Part shown: positions 53,520 to 64,000 of the stretch, one piece after another
Position numbering within the stretch: the first letter of the stretch is position 1
Layout: every line of letters starts with the position of its first letter
From: Octopus sinensis
Lineage: Eukaryota
Reading direction: 5' to 3'
Assembly: GCF_006345805.1 (NCBI RefSeq)
Contig: NC_043002.1
Span: 62,930,001 to 62,994,000 of the forward strand
DNA length: 64,000 bases
The notes under the pieces: model-generated
Seen by the model: the letters and a program-made list of their open reading frames with translations, nothing else
What the model was told of the DNA's origin: nothing
Database searches by the model: none
Translations under genes and position numbers: made by a program

Positions 53520-54150
53520 AGCTCACTGAGATGAAATTTATTTTTCCTCTTTCCAACGTCGATAAGATGAAGTGCTAACCCAGGGCGGTGATTTGGCAAA
53601 ATTGTGAGGGTCAGATATTGTCGGAATCAGTTGCCAGATCATTTTAGTTCAACTGACAGGCCTTTATGATAACCGGAGTAGAGGAGCATCGCCATTATAA
53701 ACGAAGAATTATAATGACCTTGTGAAAGAGCTGAACAGCGAGTTTGTGACAATTACGCGCTCAACTAGATATCGACGGGCGCAAAAGAACTGACAATGAA
53801 ACGCCTGTCAGAGACAGCTAAGAAGAACTCAACGTTGCTGTGGGGAGAAAAAAGCAAGAACAGCAGTTGCAATGGAATACTGCAAGCATCTAAAGAGAAA
53901 ATGACGAAAACCCCGGTTTTAAACGAATCCACAATGCAATCACTTTCAATGTAATATACCCCACAGTTCAAGGAAATGAGATCATCTGAATGACGCGGTT
54001 TCAATTCATGTCAAAGACAGTTGCTTGAGAAGCAAGATAGACAGCTAGGGGTCATGACCTATGTAGTCCCGGCTCTTTGATATTGTTGGGAACTAACGGA
54101 CCGGCCAAATCCCTTGAGTGACGGAGGTTCTTCCTCTAAAGATTTATCCT
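53520..54150 (+). mobile_element. Decayed HERO/NeSL-like (RLE) LINE 3-prime end
   Basis: SDIVGISCQIILVQLTG..KNYNDLVKEL and KRLSETAKKNSTLLWGEK resemble RPDIVLWS..IELTVP..KY.DL..E and LSEAAEKAS.WLW of HERO elements (from memory). Confidence 0.5.
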
Positions 54151-54283
54151 ATCTGCTCGCTCCGTAGCGAGTTTCCACTTACTGTTATCCGTTCATTTTC
54201 AATACATTTTGAATTTGTCAGCGCCGGCACTTGTGCCACTCATTAGGCAACATTGTCTTTGTGATGGATAATGGATCTGATAT

Positions 54284-54666
54284 ATTCTTTTGTACTCTAG
54301 GCATATGGCCAGAAATTTTTTGGAGAGGTGGGGGCAGTTGATTAGATCGACCCCAGTACGCAACTGGTACAGAATCTATCGACCCCGAAAGAATGAAAGG
54401 CAAAGTCGATCTCGGCGGAATTTGAACTCAGAACGTAAAGACAGCCGAAATACCTATTTCTTTTCTACACAGAGAGGACTAACAAGGACAGACAAACGGA
54501 TTAAGTCGATTATATTGCCCCCAGTGCGTAACTGGTACTTATTTAATCGACCCCGAAAGGATGAAAAGCAAATCGACCTCGGCGGAATTTGAACTCAGAA
54601 CGTAGCAGCAGACGAAATACTGCTAAGCATTTGGTCCGCTTGCTTACGTTTCTGCCAGCTCGCCGC
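54284..54666 (-). mobile_element. SINE family A dimer
   Basis: Junction gaaatac|ctatttct at about 54453, same as other dimers. Confidence 0.9.
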
Positions 54667-54799
54667 GTTAATAGATCTGATATATTGGCGATACATCAAG
54701 CGTAGCCTTTTCAACGTGTGTCCTAAATGTGATGCATCGAATTGCTCTAAATATATTTCCATGTCGTTTTGCTTTCTCCATTGCATCTTCTACTATATG

Positions 54800-56454
54800 T
54801 GATGTGAATTACTGTAGCTCCTAACATGTTCGTCGTCTCTATGTGTTACGTTGAATTTATGAGGTTGAAGTTTATAGCTGGTTGCACTGGATACTCTGCA
54901 AAGAGGAAGAATTTAATCGTATTTTTTAGGTGTTACTTGTAGTTTCTTGGTTTGTAGCAAAGTTTGTAAATGATGAACACTGTGCTGGATGGGTGTGTGG
55001 CTGTGTCTGGAGAAGGGAGGAGAGATGATCTTCGTGAAACGATATTTGTGGCATGGAAACGGACGCCTACAATACTTGGGTAACTGTCGCACTTTCATAA
55101 AAAAAAATCTTGCGCAGCACTTGGCCTTAAAGAGGAACATTCCCTGGGTAGCTGTGTCTCAAGTAGGCATACGGATTCTACAGACATAGAATAACTAATT
55201 TCTGGAATTTATGATAAACTTGAGATAATTAAAAACTATTAAACTTCGACGTAATAGATTTGAACAAAGTTTCATTAATAACGTCTGCTGAAATAGACTA
55301 ATAAATATATGTGCAAAAGTCTACAACGAGATATTAGATATTAATAATAACAATGAAATGTATATACCCCAAGGAAAGTATAACATATATCATTTACATC
55401 TGCAAACATATTTCAGAAAATATACAATCAACTAAACAATGTCTGTTGTATATAATACTGAATTTATAGAAGTTAAACACATACTGTATGGTATTTAGGG
55501 TACGTTCGCTGTTTCCTTGTCTGTCTTTGTCTTACACATATCTAACATAAATACATGGCTAAATAGGTAGTGATCTCTCCCTTGTTTCTATGTGAAAACG
55601 ATTATCGAACAAACAGAATTATATAAAGAGTGAGTTCTTAAATTTGATGCAGAAACGAAGGGAGAAGCAGGCAATGTTTTGTTGTTATTTTAGGTATTGC
55701 ATATTCCAAGATCAACTCTGATCACGCAGCTAAGGATCCCAGCCAAACAACCAATGTATCCATTCTTTCAAATATATCTCAGATCTCGCTTTCTTAGACT
55801 CAGAACATGAATTCGAACATGTTGCGAATTATAGATGCTGAGTGATGTGTTCTGCATTCTCTATTGTCAAGGTTCTTTCGCTAAATCTCTAGATTTTGGT
55901 GTTGTCAGAGCGCAGGAAGAAATGGTAGTCTCGCTCAGAGCTTGACAGTTGGTTTTAGTATTCATTTATCAATGATAGAGTACATCAAAACATAATACTT
56001 GGAGGCAAACATGCTATGGATGCTTGATCTAATTGTGTGTAAATGTGATTATTTTTATGGTTATTTGGACAGCTTGTGGGAAAGTATATAGAAAATTGTG
56101 TTGCAGTAATATTCTGGAGTGTTTTGGATATCTCAAAACATTTAAGATTAAGTTTTCATCTAGGTAATTGTACTGAAAACTGAAGGGTGTTGAGGTGTAC
56201 AAGTACCGTTCCTGTCATATCCAGATATTCTCTTTTACACTTTTACTTGTTTCAGTCATTTGAATGTTGCCATGCTGGATCACCGCCTTTAGTCGAGCAC
56301 ATCTACCCCAGGACTTATTTTTGTAAGCCAAGTACTTATTTTATCGAACCGCTTAGTTACGGGTATGTAAACACACCAGCATCAGTTGTCAAGCGATGTT
56401 GGGAGGAGGGTGTCAAACGCAGGCACACAAACATACACACACACACACACACAC

Positions 56455-56502
<48 letters not shown>

Positions 56503-57300
56503 CGATGGGCTTCTTTCAGTTTCCGTCTACCAAATCCACTCACAAGGCTTTGGTTGGCCCGATGCTATAATAGAAGACACTTGCCCAAGGTGCCACGTAG
56601 TGGGACTCTACCCGGAACCATGTAGTTGTAAGCAAGCTACATACCACACAGGCACTCCTACACCTATTCATTTATTTTGTATCATTGAGTGCTCTGTGTA
56701 TAGACTTTGAAGAGGCAAACGGTGCTCTCTTGTGTTCATTATAGTTTATTGTGGCAGGTTTGCAATAGATTGAGAGGCGTGGCATAAATTTTGACGGATC
56801 GAATGTATTGTTTGCACATCAACCGTTGTCATTTCCATCTGTTGGTCAAATGTTCTACGTGTAATTGCTCTAGGTATGTCTCTACGCCGTTTTGCTCTCT
56901 TTACCATATCTTAATTTTATGATGTAAATGTTGTGGAACTTTTTATTTAACTCCTAACATATTTGTCCCCTGTGTGTGTAAGTTAAGTTCATATTGTTAG
57001 TTTGATGTCTGTTTGCATTTAATATTGCATGATGTTAGTAATGATAACAGGTATCGTGTTCTTTCTTAGGTACTACTTGTAGTGTAGGCTATTGGAACCA
57101 AGATTCTATGAGATGAATATAGTATAGATATATGTATAGATATGTTGCTGTCTAAAGAGGTTGTGAGCGTGGTGAAATCCGTGTACGACGCTTTATGTAT
57201 GATTTGAAGGAATGCAGAAAGTCTCTGTAGGTATAGATTATAAAGTGTGAGTAGACACATATTTGTGGAAAGCAAATCAGAAAATTGCGAATTCTCGAAA
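54800..57300 (-). mobile_element. Possible very old Jockey/I-like LINE remnant, interrupted by a SINE B (56215-56660)
   Basis: Only scattered motifs: FLRSDNTKI (cf. LFADDTKI) and IR..ILEYAIP (cf. IRPILEYA). Many disruptions. Confidence 0.25.
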
Positions 57301-57628
57301 AGTACATTAAATAATTATTATTTATATTTGTTCCTTTCCAAAAATTTTGTTGCTCTTGCAAAAGCAATGAATATTTTGGAAAGGAGAAAATAGAAATAAT
57401 AAATGAGTGGGAACTGAACCGGTCAGTGTGTTAGATACTAAGGCAGTATGATTCTCACCGGACATTAAAAGAAATATTTCAACACGCGAATTCACATAAA
57501 GTATCTTGCAAACCAGATACAATCTTGAAGTACACTTCATAGCTTCATACAGTTCTATATTTACGAGATGACGAATTATTTACATTATTCATATTTGACG
57601 GGCATTTGTCCTCAAGTTGTTTGATGTT

Positions 57629-57662
57629 AACACTGATATAACCTTCAGACTTCATCGGGTGT
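57629..57662 (-). ncRNA. Inactivated hammerhead remnant
   Basis: Minus strand ACAC-CCGAUGA-A-GUCUG-loop-CAG then directly UGUU; GAAA and cleavage segment absent. Downstream flank is homologous to 1661-1735. Confidence 0.3.
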
Positions 57663-57699
57663 CTTGAGGAAATTTCGAACCTGGGTTCTCATCCATTAT

Positions 57700-57967
<268 letters not shown>

Positions 57968-57970
<3 letters not shown>

Positions 57971-59392
57971 AGAAGTGCAGGGATTTTGGAATAAAATTTG
58001 GGCAGAAGAAAAAACACAACGAAGATGCCTCTTAGATTGATAGAATATCTACAGACTTGGACTCCTTAGAGGAAGTGTCAAGGTAGAAGATATAAGATTT
58101 GCTCTCAGGAGTTCAAGCAAATGGAAGTCTCCAGGAAAGGATAACATTCCTAACTTCTGGTTGAATGCCTTCCCAAAGAGCCATGAACTGCTGACAGAAC
58201 TTTACAATGATGTTTTGCAACACCCTAGTAGGATGCCTCCTTGGCTAGTTAATGGTTTAACATTCCTGCTTCCAAAAAGTGAAGAAACAAATGAACCAAA
58301 AAACTATAGGCCCATAACCTGCTTAACAACTATGTATAAAACGCTAACATCTGTCCTGACGGAGTATACCTATAGTTTTTTAATAGACAGCAGCATATTC
58401 CCTCATGAACAGAAATGATGTAAACGTGGTCCTATGGTTGCAAAGATCAGCTACTTATCAATAAGATGATCTTAGGAGATTGTCACAAACGACCCAAAAA
58501 CTTGTCAATAGCCTGGATAGACTATAAAAAGGCTTTTGATAGCCTAGCACATAGCTGGATTAAGAAATGACTGGAAATGTATAAAATAACGTCTGCTCTG
58601 CGAAACTTTTGTCTGTAAGTATGAGATCATGGAGAACCACACTAACTTTGAACAGTGACTATGAATCTCTAAATGCTGGTGATGTAAAAATTTCATGTGG
58701 CATTTTCCAGGTTGACTCATTATCACCACTCCTCTTTTGTTTAGCCTTAATACCTCTCTCAAAATTCCTCTGTAACGCACCGTACGGATATAAAATGTTT
58801 GATAAAAATATAAATCATCTCATTTACATGGATGATTTAAAGCTCTTTGCAAAAAATGACCAACAACTCAAGGGTCTACTAGCGATTGTTAAGCAATTCA
58901 GTGATGACATCAGAATGTAATTTGGCCTCGATAAATGTGCAAAAGCTACCTTTATCAAAGGAAAAATGACAGAAACATCTAACGTTAACCTTGACCAGAG
59001 CTGAAACGCAAGACAGAGCTGAATGCGAGAAATAGGATCGAAGCGATCAATGCTTTAGCCATACCAGTCGTGTCTTACAGTTTCAATATCGTTAACTGGT
59101 CAATTACTGAAATATGTAATCTTGACAGAAAAATACGAAAACTGATGACAATGCATAGAATGCACCACCCTAAGGCATTTATAGAACGACTTTATCTGCT
59201 AAGAAAAGAGGGAGGTCGTGGACTTTTACAACTGGCAATAACAATGAAGATTGCTACAATTGCCCTAGACACCTACCTGAAAAACTCTGAGGACTGGATG
59301 TTAAAACTTGTCTCAAAACATGAAAACAAGAAAGCATTATACTCAGTAACAAAACAGGCAAAGGAATATCTAAGTGAATTCCGAAGACAATC
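57968..59392 (+). mobile_element. 5-prime-truncated, decayed R4/Dong-clade LINE reverse transcriptase
   Basis: WKSPGKDNI, YRPITCLTTMYK, QLLINKMIL, WIDYKKAFDS, GIFQVDSLSPLLFCL, HLIYMDDLKL (YMDD 58825-58836), FGLDKCA, LYLLRKEGGRGL. Stops, frameshifts and an internal deletion near 59000. Starts directly after (TAA)n. Confidence 0.92.
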
Positions 59393-60897
59393 GACTTAAT
59401 CCTTTTGTTTGTCCTTGTTTTTCTCCTCTATGTTTAGCCCTTGTTGGCAATAAAGAAATAAGAAGTGTAAATTCTTAGCAGATAAGCTCGAGAGAAGACC
59501 CCTGTGTCTCAGACTTAGTCTTGTAAAGTGATATTTAGTAGTTTTTTCAAAAAGCCGAACCACCTCTGCATTAACTGTGAGAAAGCTGTTGAAAATCACC
59601 TGACATGACAAGCTCCCGAGACACAAATACAACGATGTTGATCAACTCCGATGTGTTGTCTTTATCCATGGAAAATTTCATACACAATTAATATGCTGCC
59701 TCTGTTATTTAATGCATTCGATATTGTTTTGTTTGATTTTGTTAATTTTAGAGCGTGAATAATGTTAGAAGTATTTGTTTTGTTAGTCGGTTTTTGCTTG
59801 TCTCGATTTATGTCAAATGCAGGTTTTTCATCATTTTCGCTAACACGTAAAAGTTTACTGCAACTACTGCTGCTGCTACTACTATGACTACTACTACTTC
59901 TGCTGATAACGATGATGATGCAGTTTCTGCTGCTACCGTTGATGTTGCTGATTGTTGTTGTTGTTGATGTTGTTGTTGTTAAGCAAGGGTGATTAGGTGA
60001 TGGTCGAGGGCTTAGGAGCGGGAGACCCCAGATTTTAGGGAAAAAAAAAACACTTTGGTCGTCATGTTGTAGTCAAGGGCTCATCGTTGACGCCCGACAC
60101 CACTGGGAGGTGAGCCTCGAAGTCGCTGGAAATTGAGATCTCCAGGTCCAAATTTTTGAACAGCTGATGTTGCTGAAGGTACCGTTTTCTACGTTGTTGT
60201 TGTTACTGCTACTACTACTGCTACTACCACTACTGCTGCTGCTGGTGCTGCTGCAGCCGTTGTTGATGTTGGTGTTGCTGATGCTGCCGTTGTTTCGTTT
60301 GTTGATGTTGTTGCTGCTGCTGCTGCTGCTTTAGCAGTAATAACATCAAAGAATGTCGATAGTGAGGGTCATGGTAATTATATTCACAATGACGATGGGG
60401 ACGACGACAGATGATTGTGAAGACGACGACAACAACGACAACGGCAAGATGGTTAATGATGCTGGTAACGGTAGCAAAGGTGATAACGACGATGATGATG
60501 ACGACGATGTTGATGAAATTGATGATGATGGTGATGATAGTGATGACGATGATCAAGATTGTCTGTGTTAATGTCAATGTTGATGTTCCTGTTGGTGGTA
60601 ACTCTAGTGTTGGTGGTGGTGGTGTGTGTGTGTGTGTGTGGGGGGGTGATGATGGTAGTGATACGGTGATGACGACGACGACAACGAAGGCGCCGATGTC
60701 GACGACGATGTCACCGACGCCATTAAATATTGAACATAATCAGAACGTTGGTATTTGTGGTGATGTAAATGTTAGGCAAGCTTCGTTTTATACGTCTTTC
60801 CCTTTTGAAGCTAGATTGACAAAATTTTACGAGGACGAAGCTAATTACGTGTCCAATTAGGCCAAGTATATATATTTTCTGTTTTTGCTTTCCCAAG

Positions 60898-60958
60898 ATC
60901 AGTGCTGGTTCGTGGCTGGAAACTGCCAGAGTGGTGGCTCTAGGGAAGCTTACTACAG
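60898..60958 (+). CDS. Candidate internal exon (61 nt)
   Basis: Strong sites ttttctgtttttgctttcccaag| and cag|gtaagg; open in two phases (ISAGSWLETARVVALGKLTT or QCWFVAGNCQSGGSREAYY). Confidence 0.4.
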
Positions 60959-61198
60959 GTAAGGTGTTCGCTGGTGTTGCTCTTTTGATGTTGTCTTATA
61001 ATGGTTTTCATAGTTCTGGTAGAGATGTTGCTAATTATAGCATGGACGATGACAATGACGACGGCGATGACGATGGTGATGATGACGTAGAAATAATACA
61101 GAGGAAGGGTCTAATGGTATACACACACACACACACATACACATTCACGTATACAAATAAACACACTCACACACACGCATTTATCTATCTATCTATCA

Positions 61199-61329
<131 letters not shown>

Positions 61330-62226
61330 TATGTATATATTGTACATATATTTACATATATGTGTGTCTTTGTATATGTGTGTGTGTGTATGATTATGTA
61401 GATACACACAGAAATGTATATATAAATATATATATACATACACACACATATACAGACTCAAAGCCACATGCATGCATACACGTGCGCGTATACACATGTC
61501 TACACACACACGCACACATACATACATCTTCGTGGCTTTATGTTTGTGTTCCTTTTGGCGTGTGTTTTTCTGAATGCGTATATAACTGCACGAGTGCATC
61601 TAGTATATTTGTTTGTGTGTACATTTGTCTACATACGTGATTCTCTCTCTCTCCCCTTCCCTCCTCCACCCTCTCTCTCTCTTTCAAAGAAGAGGAACAC
61701 GAAAAGAACGATTTTTATCAATCTTTAGTCGATAAAGTGTTTAATAAGCATGAGATTATTGGTTAAATTCGTTCGACCATATCAGCTCTTTACTAAAACG
61801 AGGCAATGATCCCTTGTGTGATGAAATGAAAAGTAGAAAAGAGAACAAAAGCAAAATACAAACAAACAAACAAACAAACAAACAAAACAATATAAAAGAG
61901 AAATGATAGTGTAGTTACAAAATGGGAAATAGAAAGAAAAACGAAAAACGAAAATAAAAAAACAAGATGAAGAAAGCAAAAAAGAAATAACAAGAAACAT
62001 CGTTTAATCGTTACTTATCGATGATCAAGAGAATGGTTCTGTAATGTAAAACAGTACGTACATTTCCATCTATATAAATTGCAACATTAAGCAAACATTT
62101 ACGATTTTTCATCGAGAATTCACAAATCCACTCAACCACATAACCGTAAATTCATACATATTTTGTATCAGAGGAGGACTTTATCATAGCCCTGTAAAGA
62201 AAAGCAAAAAAAAAAAAAAAAGATGA

Positions 62227-62360
62227 GACACAAACAAAGAACGAAATGCCGTTGAAAAATATCAACACCACCAATACCATCACCGCCCTCTGTATCACCA
62301 GCGACACCACCACCACCACCACCACCACCACCACCACCACCACTACTACTACTACTACTA

Positions 62361-62409
<49 letters not shown>

Positions 62410-63558
62410 ACTACTACTAATACTGCTACTGCTGCTGCTGCTACTGAATTCACCACAACCACGTCACCTCCACGATCACCACCGCCACTATGGCCATCGG
62501 CATCACCACCACCACCATCATCATCATTACAACCACGACCAGCACCGCCAGCACAACCATCGCCAACATCAGCAACACAACCAACACCACCACCACCACC
62601 GCCACCGCCACCATTCACATCACGACTACCGCAAGTAACTCCGCCATCACATCTAATTTCAACATCCGCACCAAAACCAAAACCATCATCGCCGTCATCA
62701 CTACCACCAGGATCACCACCACCACCACCGCCATCATCATCATTAACGCAACTACCACCACGACCAGCCACCTTCACAACCACGTCACCTCCACGATCAC
62801 CACCGCCACTATGGCCATCGGCATCACCATCACCACCATCATCATCATTACAACCACGACCAGCACCGCCAGCACAACCATCGCCAACATCAGCAACACA
62901 ACCAACACCACCACCACCACCACCATTCGCATCACGACTACCGCAAGTAACTCCGCCATCACATCTAATTTCAACATCCGCACCAAAACCAAAACCACCA
63001 TCGCCGTCATCACTACCACCAGGATCACCACCACCACCACCGCCATCATCATCATTAACGCAACTACCACCACGACCAGCCACCTTCACAACCACGTCAC
63101 CTCCACGATCACCACCGCCACTATGGCCATCGGCATCACCACCACCACCATCATCATCATTACAACCACGACCAGCACCGCCAGCACAACCATCGCCAAC
63201 ATCAGCAACACAACCAACACCACCACCACCACCACCATTCACATCACGACTACCGCAAGTAACTCCGCCATCACATCTAATTTCAACATCCGCACCAAAA
63301 CCAAAACCACCATCGCCGTCATCACTACCACCAGGATCACCACCACCACCACCGCCATCATCATCATTAACGCAACTACCACCACGACCAGCCACCTTCA
63401 CAATCACTAACATAAGCATCCTCACCTCCACCACCACGATCAACATAAACGAACGAGAACACCAAAAGTCAAACCTTGACGATAAGGTGGTTATGTTATC
63501 TGCTAGAAATATCAGACAAAATGTCCTTGTATCACATCCCTATAAAACAATTTATTGA
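62227..63558 (+). CDS. Stop-free 443-codon frame, Pro/Ser/Thr-rich (mucin/extensin-like), not in ORF track
   Basis: Read codon by codon with no stop from 62227 to TGA 63556-63558; repeat reads TTTSPPRSPPPLWPSASPPPPSSSLQPRPAPPAQPSPT... Low complexity makes long open frames easy, so coding status is uncertain. Confidence 0.3.
62454..63403. repeat. Three tandem units (321, 312, 312 bp) of cryptically simple CAC/CAT/GCC sequence
   Basis: Units start cacaaccacgtcacc at 62454, 62775 and 63087; all indels are multiples of 3. Confidence 0.95.
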
Positions 63559-64000
63559 TTACTTTCAAATTCACAAAACCAGAAATTTCGGACAGGAAGA
63601 ATCTATCAATTTCATCGACCTCGGTACTTCACCTCTGTTTGTTTTACCAACTTAAGAAGGACTTGAACTTACAGCGTTAAAAGCCGTAACTAAATACCGG
63701 AAAATCGTTTATTCACAGTTCCAACAATTCTGTTAATCAACCATCTTAGCATCTTAACAGAAAACAAATAAATAAATAAATATATGAGATGCTGAAGAAT
63801 ATATTGAATAAAAGAGTTTCTGGTACACGATATTTACCATTTTACCATTTTCTGTTATCGTTAACTTGTTTCAATCATTAGACTGCGGCCATGATAGGGC
63901 ACCGCCTTGAAGAAAGTTTAGTCAAATTAATCGACTCCAGTACTTAAATATTTCAAAGATTGATACCTATGCTAGCGTTCTCTTTTGACGAATCGACAAG

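Noticed and set aside
59860-60750. Low-complexity Q/A/T/D-rich frames as a coding exon
   Set aside because: Degenerate trinucleotide sequence with stops in every frame; no splice support.

Overview
This window is AT-rich, microsatellite-saturated eukaryotic DNA. Its repeat families look like those of an octopus (coleoid cephalopod); that assignment is an inference from pattern recognition, not a database hit. No protein-coding gene could be identified with confidence: most tracked ORFs are translations of simple repeats, and only a few candidate exons are supported. The window is dominated by two tRNA-derived SINE families (A, often a fixed dimer; B, with a central microsatellite), with single copies of two further SINE families. 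It also holds decayed LINEs (R4/Dong, RTE, HERO-like), Tc1/mariner elements (Tigger-like, DD37D/maT-like, mariner) and a Helitron helicase remnant. The most striking structure is a young, about 99% identical, 1.95 kb palindrome (9310-11262). Each arm carries a Penelope-type type-I hammerhead ribozyme motif, one intact and one with a core point mutation, and the centre contains a small hairpin with both orientations of its loop. Four further unrelated hammerhead or hammerhead-like motifs occur in non-coding elements next to simple repeats. Three of these sit in (TA)n/(CA)n tracts, two of them inside the central microsatellite of SINE B. Other notable items are a SINE inverted pair with homogenised flanks, a 2.06 kb tandem duplication, (TAA)n-targeted retroelements, and a 443-codon stop-free Pro/Ser/Thr frame missed by the ORF track.
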